Shown: one piece after another, positions 32,770 through 42,736 of the stretch
How positions within the stretch are numbered: position 1 is the stretch's first letter
Layout: each line of letters opens with the position of its first letter
Source of the DNA: a virus
Lineage: Duplodnaviria > Caudoviricetes
Virus record (IMG/VR): IMGVR_UViG_3300037067_003221
Span: 1 to 64,000 of that record
DNA: 64,000 bases
Reading direction: 5' to 3' (one strand)
Position numbers and translations under genes: made by a program
Notes under the pieces: generated by a model
Databases searched by the model: none
What the model saw: the letters and a program-made list of their open reading frames with translations, nothing else
What the model was told of the DNA's origin: nothing

Positions 32770-33419
32770 CGCTAATTGAAAAGTTCCGAGAAGGTCGCAA
32801 GTTCCTGCCCGATGGGTGTGTCGAACGCAAGCCGACCATTTGGTTCGAGGACAAAGTTTACCGTTCTACTCAAGTAGCCTACTTCCTGCATTTCGGGGTG
32901 TGGGCTAAAAATGTTTACCGAACTTGTCGTAATCCCAAGTGTGTAAACGTCGATCACCTGACCACGAAGCGTCCAGCGTCTCGGCCTCTGGTTTGTTGGG
33001 GCCGGACCTTCAACTCCGTACAGGAATTGTGGGAACACCCAAGATGCTATGTCCCGACGGTACGGCAGTTGCAACGCCGCCTGGAAAAATATGCGCCTGA
33101 AGATGCGGTTCGACCCGACTATTTTGTTTGCGGCGGGAAGCGGTATAAATCGATTAACACAATCCCGCTGCCCCTGGGTTTGGCTCGATCTACCTTTTAC
33201 AAGCGGCTCGGTTGTCATATCTGGGTCACAGCTAAGACGGCGAAGAAGTTCTCCCCTGACGCGGCACTAGATGATAATTTCTGGGAATTTACAATACCCA
33301 CCCTTCCGAGGGTTGGAGAATACGGTTTTCGCAACGTGTTGAACAAGCAAGCTGCCCCGGAGTTCGACCCACGGAATCATCATGAATCTAGTAAGGGATT
33401 CATTTTCAGGAATCGGTAG
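32766..33419 (+). CDS. HNH-like nuclease fused to a CWG..F...HPRC DNA-binding module
   Basis: TCRNPKCVNVDHL plus the module shared with 6496-6969. Confidence 0.6.
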   Translation: MTLIEKFREGRKFLPDGCVERKPTIWFEDKVYRSTQVAYFLHFGVWAKNVYRTCRNPKCVNVDHLTTKRPASRPLVCWGRTFNSVQELWEHPRCYVPTVRQLQRRLEKYAPEDAVRPDYFVCGGKRYKSINTIPLPLGLARSTFYKRLGCHIWVTAKTAKKFSPDAALDDNFWEFTIPTLPRVGEYGFRNVLNKQAAPEFDPRNHHESSKGFIFRNR

Positions 33420-33655
33420 CCTCACACTTCACTCCCGGTCCAAGCACACTTAAACCCTTACCCTGTAGGGGTTTACGAGAATCTCTGTTTTTTGCAAAAT
33501 CAAAACAAACTTCTTCCCTATATAATTTTTCTTCTCTCAGGGAAATCGTTCTCGTTGGGAACTTTGTTTTTTATGATTTGCAAAAAACAGAGATTCTCGT
33601 AAACCCCTTATTTATAAGCACTTAGATGCTGTTTGACCGGGGATGAAGTGTGAGG
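33420..33655. repeat. Large imperfect inverted repeat at the convergent strand switch
   Basis: Perfect 32-bp arms at 33467-33498 and 33577-33608; outer 12-bp arms at 33420-33431 and 33644-33655. Confidence 0.9.
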
Positions 33656-33901
33656 GTGATGATTAAAATGAGTCTCAAATCTCTCTCAGACGCGGCAGCC
33701 GTCTAAATTCAGCCGCGACCCAGCCGGAAGGGCGGGCGGGACAATCGTTACATTCCACCTACTCGGTATCTTAATTAAAACCCTCCCCACCGTCACAACC
33801 GGACCACCCCGCCCACCAGTCTATCTATACTAAGTATGTAATGTATGTATGTTAATATCATACTATATTGATTATATAATGTATGTATCTTAGTATGTTA
33901 T

Positions 33902-34051
33902 GACCCCGACAACACAATCAACCTGCATAGATAGAACAATCGTTACATTCTATCAACAGTGTAGTCAAATTGACTACAGTGTACGATTATGCAGGCTTTG
34001 CGGGTTATACTAATAGTAGCTATGATACTAGATTGTCTGGTTGTCGGGGTC
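33902..34051. repeat. Nested imperfect palindrome of ~150 bp
   Basis: GACCCCGACAAC/GTTGTCGGGGTC, CCTGCATA/TATGCAGG, core TGTAGTCAA-A-TTGACTACA. Confidence 0.7.
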
Positions 34052-34468
34052 GGGATACCTATTTCGCGCTTGACATTGCGAGATTGTCGCGTTTGTCAGT
34101 AATGATTGAATAATCGGATATCCCCTTACAATCAGAGACGCTGACATACTCGATACAACATGCACAGACAGAACAACCCCACCCTAGCAGTATAAGTGGT
34201 ACAATGCAAACAAGCAGCACAGTATGTATAACTGTACTATGTGCTATAATCGGCGCAATTGGTACGATTCCAAGGGTATAGGGATTATAGCAATTGCCCT
34301 ATTTGTAGCAATGGTAATAGTATCTCTGATTGTAATGATTGTCGGGGGCAACTAGGGACAGGGCAGCACAATCATTACAATCAGGCGACAGGGTGCATGA
34401 CCCCGATAATTAGAAGTATCGGTACAAAAGAAAAGGCCGCTATAAGCAGCCTTATTAGCACAATCATA

Positions 34469-34765
34469 CTACTCTGCACAATGAGAGTAATTGGGACAAT
34501 CAGCACAATCGATAGCATCGTGATCTTTGAAGCAATGCACAATATCGGCAGGCATGTTACAAGCGACACGCAAGGCATTACGTGCATCCTCGACACGATC
34601 ATTCAGATCGGCATATTTGGCATAAGCGTCACAATATGCGAAATTGCCACAACCCTTACAGAGCGAAAAGCCCTCACATCTGGCAACTGCGCAACCAGGG
34701 TGTTTTTCGTAATTACCCCTAGCAATGATAGCATCGGCATAAGCCTTAAATTCGGGTGTCATCAT
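34469..34765 (-). CDS. Cys-rich hypothetical protein
   Basis: GGGAG RBS; followed by a hairpin/T-tract terminator at ~34425-34453. Confidence 0.6.
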   Translation of the reverse strand: MMTPEFKAYADAIIARGNYEKHPGCAVARCEGFSLCKGCGNFAYCDAYAKYADLNDRVEDARNALRVACNMPADIVHCFKDHDAIDCADCPNYSHCAE

Positions 34766-36077
34766 AATAAGCTCCCTATTCGTTATAATCCTAATTCATC
34801 GGACAAGGTGGTGCTAATACTGGAAAATGCGTCCCAATCGTTAGAATCGAGATAATCCATAAGACCGTCAACACCGAATGCTGCATTTGCCCCCTCTAAT
34901 AGCAATCGCAATTCCCTCTTAGTAAGGGGTATCGTTTTTTCGTTGATTGTCAATAAAATCATGTTAATCGTTATAACCGGCAAGACCGGAGTTAAGGTTG
35001 TTAATGGCAAAATCCAACATTCCGACATGCTGAGGATTTATCGTTTTATTCCGAATAATCGTTAAATTATCCACGGCTTGCATAATCGTTGCAACAATTA
35101 AATCAGGATTTTCCGCTTGTCTAAACAAATTGTTTAGACCCTGCAAAATCGGCATAACAGGAACCCCCTGTTTGGATGCCGTGAAAAGACGCGCACGCGC
35201 TACAATCGATTTTTCCAGCACCCTTGCGTACATCGGCATAATCGTTACCTCTTGTATAATTGGTTTCCGCAAGCAAAATAGAATTGCCTCTCAAGAGGGG
35301 TAGGCGCACGCATGGTAAAATGCGAATATCCGAAATTGAAGTTATGCGCGTAATAAACCGCGCTTTCCCTACAATCGCATATTTGCACTAAAACGCGATG
35401 ACCGTCACAATCCGAACTATTAGCAAATAAGGCAATCATGGCAATTCCCCTAAAAATGGATTATTCCCAATAAACGCCACCCATAGCCCCGCGAACCTTT
35501 ACAAGCCCTAAATCCCGCAAAATCGATTCGCGCGCTTTTCTCTGCATTTTCGCGCGCTCTTTGGATTTTTTCTTACAACCATCACAAGTGTTTTGACCGT
35601 CAAGACCGTCAAATTCGGCACCACACTTACTACATACTTTCATGGCAAACTCCCTAAAAGTGGTAGAATTGGAATTATCGGTTAATCGTCACAACCGGCA
35701 CAACCCCCTCCACTATGACGATATGCCGCGCGCCCCGAATCGAGAGGGCAGAGAGGGCAAGCGCGCCTTGAATAGTGTCCGATTTTTCAGTATGAACTAA
35801 TTTCGAGAAAACGAAAAATTCTATTGTGAACATGATTTTTCCCTTTCCTGATTGCTTGCCCCTTATATAGTCAATTATGCGCTATAGGGGCGTTTTGTCA
35901 AGTAAATCGGGAATTTTCTAAAAGATTTTTCGGGATATTTCCATTTAGGGGGTGGATTTTAACGATTAGGCAAAATGGCAACTAGTCGAAAATCGTTACA
36001 ACCGACAATCTCGATACAAAGTGAAAAATGCCCTGATTGCTTCCCCTTCCAAAATAGTGGCAAGAGCGCAGGGCAGG

Positions 36078-36172
36078 GGCAAGCAACCGGCAAGCAACCG
36101 GCAAGCAACCGGCAAGCAACCGGCAAGCAACCGGCAAGCAACCGGCAAGCAACCGGCAAGCAACCGGCAAGC
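36078..36172 (+). repeat. Tandem repeat (GGCAAGCAACC) x8.6
   Basis: Perfect 11-bp unit read directly; related GGCAAG/GGGCAGGG tracts at 37958-38048 and 40367-40503. Confidence 0.95.
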
Positions 36173-36559
36173 GATTAGAGGGCAGGGCAGGGGCAAGCGA
36201 TTAGGCAAGATGATACGCAACCCGATAAAATGACGCAAGCGATTAGGCAAGCGATTAGAGGGCTAGAATTAAAAACTCCCCCATAGTAAGTAGAAAATGG
36301 TATGTTCCGATTGTAACAAGTATCGGGGTCAAGCCGGTTGTGGCGGGCGCGTCGATACGACCCCGACAATCGGAACAACCGGCGCAAAAGAAAACGCCGT
36401 TTGCGACCGGCGTTTTCGGAATAAGTGTAATAAATGGTAAATCCGCTCCACAATGTTTCTAAGCCGGATTGACCCCGATTATTCATACAACCGGACCATC
36501 ACGAATAAGTGTCATAAGCGGTAAACTCCCGATTCAAGGGTTAATTGGAAAATTCGTTA

Positions 36560-36916
36560 CTACCTGCCCCCCTCGATTAGCGAATCTAGTTCGCTAGTCG
36601 GAATATCCTGATTGTAACGGCTCACACCACCCCAAAGGTGGATATGGGCCATACAATACGCATAACCGGCTTCTTCGGCAGTACCGGCTTTACTGGTCAA
36701 AGTGATACGAACGTCAGAACCGGAAAGAGCGTCACAAAACCTAATTCGGGCACGATACTTACCATTAGGTAATTCGTCAACACCGTCAAAACCCGTAGGA
36801 TTAGGAAAAACCGGATAAATTGGGCGGGTTGCTTCCCTTGCCCTGCGCGCCCCTAGCTTGCGTATCGCGCTGTTTGCAATCGATAATCTTTCCGTTTTCG
36901 TCAAGGTTGTGAACAT
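36560..36916 (-). CDS. AP2-domain-like DNA-binding protein
   Basis: TGFDGV....NGKYRARI.........TAEEA..AY. Confidence 0.65.
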   Translation of the reverse strand: MFTTLTKTERLSIANSAIRKLGARRAREATRPIYPVFPNPTGFDGVDELPNGKYRARIRFCDALSGSDVRITLTSKAGTAEEAGYAYCMAHIHLWGGVSRYNQDIPTSELDSLIEGGR

Positions 36917-37217
36917 GATTTTTCCCTTTCCCTTGCGTATTGCTTGCCCCTGTCTATATCAAGTATGCAGTATGAAAAGCAATTGTCAAGGAAAATTCCG
37001 AAAATTATTTTTTCAACCCGCAAGCAACTAGAAAACGGTTTATCGAAAATTGGGGATTATCATCTTTGAAATAATCCGCCAATTTTTCCGATAAATGCTC
37101 GATAACCAGTTTTTCCCCTACATCCGAAATTTTCAATTCGGCAAGGATAATCGCTGCAATCGCTTCATAATGTTTTTTCGACATGATTGTTTCAACCGTT
37201 AAAGGCGTTAAAATCGT

Positions 37218-37544
37218 TTAGTCAGTCCAGCGAACCACAAGAGGGGGTAGAATTGTAGGAATTGCGCCATTATTACGCAACCTATGGGTATCAAGGAATA
37301 ATCGGATATTTCCGATTGCATCGGTCATGCTGACAGTAGGGGCTTCACCCCCACCCCACACAATTTCCCCGTTACGAGTGGCATAATTGCTACCATCGGC
37401 GTATAACTCACAATCGACAATCAAGGTTTCGCCGGAATATACCTTAAAAGCGGAAAAATTGACATTTCGGGCGCGCGCCTTCTTAAATAGGATATGCCCT
37501 GTTCTCGCGCTAACCGTTACAGTCCCACTAATCAGAGTAAACAT
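37218..37544 (-). CDS. Hypothetical protein
   Basis: GGAGCGG RBS; MFT start shared with neighbouring ORFs. Confidence 0.55.
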   Translation of the reverse strand: MFTLISGTVTVSARTGHILFKKARARNVNFSAFKVYSGETLIVDCELYADGSNYATRNGEIVWGGGEAPTVSMTDAIGNIRLFLDTHRLRNNGAIPTILPPLVVRWTD

Positions 37545-37964
37545 GATAACCGCTCCAATCGGTAAAGGTGGAATAATCGCTAGTTGGCCCGTCTTTCGGG
37601 GGGTAACATATCGCGGATTGTCTTTTCCGTTTTTTCGACAATCGCCCCGATATACTGTTTGCGCCCCTTGACGATAAGGGCTAGGGCGATTGCTTGCAAT
37701 TCGAGAGGGCTAGTTTTTTTCGTGATAGTGAACATGATTTTTCCCTTTCCTGATTGCTTGCCCCTGTCTATATCAAGTATGCAGTATGAAAAGCAATTGT
37801 CAAGGAAAAATAAATTTTCTAAAAGATTTTTCTAGGTTTTTCTAAAAGAGGGATATGATTTTAACGATTAGGTAAGATAGAAATTTTCAAAAATCGTTAC
37901 AATCGATAATCTCGCTACAAAGTGAAAAGTGGCATAGTTGCCCACCCTACTATATTAGGGGCAA

Positions 37965-38019
37965 GAGGGCAGGGCAAGCGATTAGAGGGCAGGGCAAGCG
38001 ATTAGAGGGCAGGGCAAGC
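37965..38019 (+). repeat. 20-bp tandem repeat (GAGGGCAGGGCAAGCGATTA) x2.7
   Basis: Read directly. Confidence 0.85.
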
Positions 38020-38189
38020 AATCGGCAACCGGCAAGAGGGCAGGGCAATAGTCTGATTATACAGTTTATCGGGGTCATGCAGGCGGGGGCGGAATAATCG
38101 TTACAACCGGCCATTCGAGGATGTGACCCCGAAAATCGTTACAATAGGCGCAAAGAGAAAGTCCGGCATAACCGGACTTACCCATACAA

Positions 38190-38777
38190 TTAGTATTGTC
38201 CGCACATTGAGCGCAATCGGGATTTATCGTGGCAATTGTGACAACCCTTACAATCCAGCAATGTGGTACAACCGTTACAATGCTGACATTCGTTACAGTT
38301 ATGTGAACCGTGACATTTGTAACAGGACTGACAATCGATACAACAGTCGCAACGGATACAGGAGTCACAATCCCTGCAACCACTACAATCTGTGCATCTG
38401 TTAATTCCACTACATATCCGACAACCTTGACAAGTCAATCCGTTGACACATTGGATACAATCCTCACAATTGGTAAGATTCTCACTTCGCTCACAATCAG
38501 TACAGTCGTTGCAATTAGTACAATCGCAACAATTCGTACAGTCACGACAATTGACGCAATTGACGCAACCTACGCAATTGACACAATCGACACAATTGAC
38601 ATTATCGCATTCATCCCGATCAGTCCGCACAACCGTCACATTCGGATTATGCAGAAAATCCTGCATATCCCCGATATTCGTTGGGGGCGCGGTACAATCG
38701 TCACAATTCTCACAGTTTGTACATCCGGTACAATTGTGGCAATTGATATTTCCGTTTGCATCAGGTTCAATCGGCAT
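38190..38777 (-). CDS. CxxCxxC-repeat protein, two modules
   Basis: DANGNINC start; Cys at almost every third residue. Confidence 0.7.
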   Translation of the reverse strand: MPIEPDANGNINCHNCTGCTNCENCDDCTAPPTNIGDMQDFLHNPNVTVVRTDRDECDNVNCVDCVNCVGCVNCVNCRDCTNCCDCTNCNDCTDCERSENLTNCEDCIQCVNGLTCQGCRICSGINRCTDCSGCRDCDSCIRCDCCIDCQSCYKCHGSHNCNECQHCNGCTTLLDCKGCHNCHDKSRLRSMCGQY

Positions 38778-39644
38778 AGGTATATCCCTTCTCAAAACCG
38801 GCAAAATTGTTACAATTAGAATCTAGGACGCTGGAAACCACCCTCCCCTATAGGTGGGGTGATAAACTGTCAAGCGCGGTTTGCAATCCCTCAATTTTCG
38901 CCGATAATAGCTTGATAAATTCGGCGATAATCCCCGCCTTACAAGCCTCAAAACCAGTATGATCGGGCGCGACGGCAGCAACCCGTTTATCCATATCATA
39001 GACAACACCGCCATAATTGGAAAAGCCGTAGTAATAGATACAAAGATCATAATCCGCATGTTCGGCAGTCCAATAACCTAGCATCTTTGCCGGTTGTGGC
39101 GTTATCGCGTGATAGGTCCATTTCAGCATGATAAAACCTCTTGCGTGATTGCTTGCCCCTGATATTCAAGTATAGCCCACAATCGGGGAAAGTCAAGGAA
39201 AATTCCAGAAAATTATCGCAACCTATGCGCGGCCGTTATCAATTCGGTAGCACGCGCCGCATAATCGGAAAATCTGGCAATCAGAATATCATAGGCCCAC
39301 TTGATACAAGCGGCCCTATCGGGAAGGGCGTTACAATCGATAAGATTGTTACCCTCGAAAATATAGGTAGTACAGCCGGAGGAGTAAAACCTAATCGTTA
39401 AGATCATTTTATCCGTTAAATTGATCTTTTCGAGAGTTTTCCCCGTATCTAATTGGAACGGCATAATCGGTATCTCCGTGCTAACCAGGCAATCGTTACA
39501 GACGCTAGTTCCAAGCAACACTGCAAGACCCCGGCAACAAATAGAAACGGCACAATCGTTACAAACAGAACGATCAGCACCACATCTACAAGCGGCCCAA
39601 ACAGCAGCATCATTACAAGCAGAGCAACCGTCATTTCAAGCATA

Positions 39645-40040
39645 TTAGCAATCTCCCCTAACTGCCCTACAAATGGCATAATTGTCATAAGCCTTACCAC
39701 GGCGCATGTCCTCAAAAGTCATACGACCCTTACCACCGCATCGAGCGCACGGAGCGGAATGAGTCATACGACCGTTAATACAGGCACCCCAGTAATAAAC
39801 CCCGGAACCCTTACAACGCGGGCATTCACACTCAACCCGCTTAGTCGCTGCAATCCAATCAACCGGCGTAATCGGATTAAACGCCCTTATGGCATTATCG
39901 GCATTTTCCTTGCCCATTGTATAACGGACAATTTCACGCAATTCGGAAAAAACGGCACGTTGCGTATCGACGGACAATTCCGCATAATCGGAATTATCCA
40001 TGTCGATATACCCTTTCGGCAATTTCGTTGCAACCGTCAT
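39645..40040 (-). CDS. Protein with DnaJ-type CxxCxGxG zinc finger
   Basis: CPRCKGSG...CARCGGKG; AGGAG RBS. Confidence 0.65.
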   Translation of the reverse strand: MTVATKLPKGYIDMDNSDYAELSVDTQRAVFSELREIVRYTMGKENADNAIRAFNPITPVDWIAATKRVECECPRCKGSGVYYWGACINGRMTHSAPCARCGGKGRMTFEDMRRGKAYDNYAICRAVRGDC

Positions 40041-40140
40041 AACCGAACTCCTTAATTTGGGTGGGGTGGAAGGGGCAAGGTCATAGCGATTATGCCGGTT
40101 TCCCTGCCGTATCCTCCCTAGCTACCCCCACTTGTAAGGG

Positions 40141-40268
40141 GAATAATCGGGTTGTCATTTAGAGGGAACCACCCCTCTTGTAGGCTAGGCTTTGGCCTCT
40201 TGCGATAGGGGTGGTTAATCCCCTATTAGTGGCACTTTTCCTAGTTACTCTGGCAACCCCGATTATTC
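40141..40268 (-). ncRNA. Candidate structured RNA (three-way junction) in a promoter-proximal leader
   Basis: Terminal helix GAATAATCGGG.GTTG/CAACCCGATTATTC enclosing CTAGG..CCTAG and AGAGGG..CCCTCT arms; no credible ORF. Confidence 0.5.
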
Positions 40269-40629
40269 TCCTCTTGTGTTTTGTTTTCGTTTTCGTTGCG
40301 ATATTCAAGTATAGCCCACAATCGGGGAAAGTCAAGGAAAATTCCGAAAATTATTTTGACGCAATAGCAAGCGATTAGAGGGCAAGCAATCCGGCAAGCA
40401 ATCACAAGCAACCGGCAAGGGGCAAGAGCGCAGGGCAAGCGATTAGAGGGCAGGGAGGGCAAGCAACCGGCAAGAGGGCAGGGGCAACCAGCAACCAGCA
40501 AGGGTCCGGTTGTAACGATCATCGGGGTCATGCCAGCGCGCCCCGCAACCGCTCGATACGACCCCGACAATCAGACTTACTAGCGCAAAAGAAAACCCCG
40601 GCAAAACCGGGGTAATCGTTTCAGGGCTA

Positions 40630-42033
40630 CTAGACGGCAACCTCCTCTCTAACGGTAAGACCGTTACGAGCGACAATCGGGATATAATAGTCAACAAGAT
40701 CAGAAGCGTTACAATCCTCCCAGAGCTTGCAAAGGAACTCCCACTTTTGGGTGGGCGACTTGGCAAGCAGTGTATTCCTTACAATCCGCCAATCGTTACG
40801 AGCGGCCCAATCGATAAAGAGAGATAAGCCCCTAATCCAGTTACAAATCTCCTTACCGTTACAAGTCCCATGATACAAACGAACCTCAAAGGTTGAATGA
40901 TAGACATAGGCGTTAATGTTCAACCATTTATAACGATCCTTACGATGGGCATAACAGGCCCAATCGGTAACGCCGAAAATATCGGACAATTCCGTAGTAT
41001 CCGCTTCACAGTAATGACGCGAACGACGGTCACTATCGACAAAATGCTTCCAAACGTCATACATGAAACGCATGGCACAATAGATAGACTTCATGCTTTC
41101 AGTATTTTCCTCACGCATATCAAAATGCACATGAAGCCCACAACTCCGATTTACGGTAAAACCCTTATCATCGGCAGCATTGCAAAATGCCATAATAGCG
41201 TCAAGACCCTTATCGCCGGAAAGGACGGAAGAAACGAACTCTTTGCCACTAATGCTACCATCGTCCTTTGCGCCAAAATAGAACTCATCCTCTAAATCGC
41301 AATAATCCTCACAAGAGGAAGTTTCGATTTCAACGCCAAATTTCCTATGACCGATACGATTGTAAGAATTGTTATCGTGCGAAAAACGGAGCGCGTCGAA
41401 ATTGTGGTCATTATGGTTACGACGATAACAAGAGCTACAAAGCCCCTCACCCTCATAATCGTCATTATCGTAAGTATCGCCACAACTATCGCAAACGAAA
41501 AATCTGTCACACCAGCACGAATCGCAATAATCGTTACCATCGGAACCCGTCATCGATTCGCGCGTCCATTCGTCACAACCCTCACACTTCACCCAACCGT
41601 TACGACTAGCACAACGGTCGCAATAGACATTATCGCCACAATTGTTCAAATCGTCACCACTGAACCAATCGTTGCAATGGTCACAGCTATGATAGTCGCT
41701 TGCTTCGGCACATTCGATACAGTTGGTATCGCCGTCACAATCGACACAATCGGAATGCCAAGTATGGCACGATTCACATTCCTTAAAATCGTTTTTATCG
41801 GCACAATCGAGACAGTACATAGTACCGTCACAATCGACAAGATCATCGTGATAGGTGCCGCAACCCTCACAAGCGGCATAGCCCTGAGAATCGGCACAAT
41901 CGGGACAGATAACCCGATTGTCAAGCATATCCGAAACCTCACAACCGGGTTTATCGGTTGTATCCCACCATTGCTCACAATCGGGACAATAGGCATCGGC
42001 GGGCGAGCGCGAAATATCCGTTTTAGATAGCAT
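40630..42033 (-). CDS. Putative amidoligase (COOH-NH2 ligase, Amidoligase_2-like) with 12 N-terminal CxxC motifs
   Basis: FGVEIE, DGSI..EFVS.VL.G, CGLHVH, RY..LN, TFEVR. Confidence 0.8.
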   Translation of the reverse strand: MLSKTDISRSPADAYCPDCEQWWDTTDKPGCEVSDMLDNRVICPDCADSQGYAACEGCGTYHDDLVDCDGTMYCLDCADKNDFKECESCHTWHSDCVDCDGDTNCIECAEASDYHSCDHCNDWFSGDDLNNCGDNVYCDRCASRNGWVKCEGCDEWTRESMTGSDGNDYCDSCWCDRFFVCDSCGDTYDNDDYEGEGLCSSCYRRNHNDHNFDALRFSHDNNSYNRIGHRKFGVEIETSSCEDYCDLEDEFYFGAKDDGSISGKEFVSSVLSGDKGLDAIMAFCNAADDKGFTVNRSCGLHVHFDMREENTESMKSIYCAMRFMYDVWKHFVDSDRRSRHYCEADTTELSDIFGVTDWACYAHRKDRYKWLNINAYVYHSTFEVRLYHGTCNGKEICNWIRGLSLFIDWAARNDWRIVRNTLLAKSPTQKWEFLCKLWEDCNASDLVDYYIPIVARNGLTVREEVAV

Positions 42034-42331
42034 AATCGCAACCCTCTTGCTATGGGTTATGGTTTCGCTAGATATTCAAGTATAGCATACTTTGCGGGAA
42101 AGTCAAGTAAAATTCTTTCCCTGCCCTGATAATCAAGTATAGCCCACAATTCGGGATTGTCAAGGAAAATTCCGAAAATAATTTATTCAATATACTATAC
42201 AAGCGCGGAATCGAGTAGGGTGGGGTTGTATCGAATATCGGGGTCAAGACGATTGTAGCGGTGTTGCCTGTCTGGACCCCGACAACCCTAACAACCCCGA
42301 TTATTGACACAATCGATTTTGCGTTTTTCAC

Positions 42332-42359
42332 TTGACAACCGGCTTTTCCGTGCTATAAT
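42332..42359 (+). promoter_or_regulatory. Lone plus-strand sigma70 promoter in the early region
   Basis: TTGACA-16-TATAAT with extended TG. Confidence 0.7.
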
Positions 42360-42670
42360 GTAAACAGTGGCGAAAAGGCAACATGCCAAAACGCAACATC
42401 CGAAAGTAGGGTTCCGGCTGTAACGATTATAGGCCCTACTTTGCGGTTCTACCCACTCTCTGTGAGGGGAGGGCACGATTTCAGGCCCTACATTGCGACC
42501 TCAAAAACTCCCCAGGTAAATTTTCCGAACAAACCTGCTGCCGACGAACGCGCGGCGTATTTCCCAGGTAAATAATTCGCAGATTGCGAACTCAGCGTGA
42601 CCCCGATAAATGGCCCGATAAAGAAATAAAATAGGGCGTTGGGATGAATGAATAATCACCCCACGCCCGA

Positions 42671-42736
42671 TGTAGCAACCAGTCGGTCGAATCCTTAACC
42701 TGTTAGAGGCGGTTCACTTCCATGCCTAACTACTAC
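42671..42736 (-). ncRNA. Candidate small RNA with GUAG...CUAC-A terminal stem
   Basis: 11-bp stem GTAGTAGTTAG/CTGGTTGCTAC with four G-U pairs (pairs well only on the minus strand). Confidence 0.4.

Noticed and set aside
36078-36172. Possible CRISPR array, or the repeat-encoded ORFs (PVACRLLAGCL...)
   Set aside because: Contiguous 11-bp tandem repeat without spacers; the ORFs are open in several frames only because the unit lacks stop codons
40225-40262. Similarity to RNase P RNA words (GGGTTGCCAG..TAAC, AAAGTGCCAC)
   Set aside because: The universal P4 sequences are absent and the element is far too short
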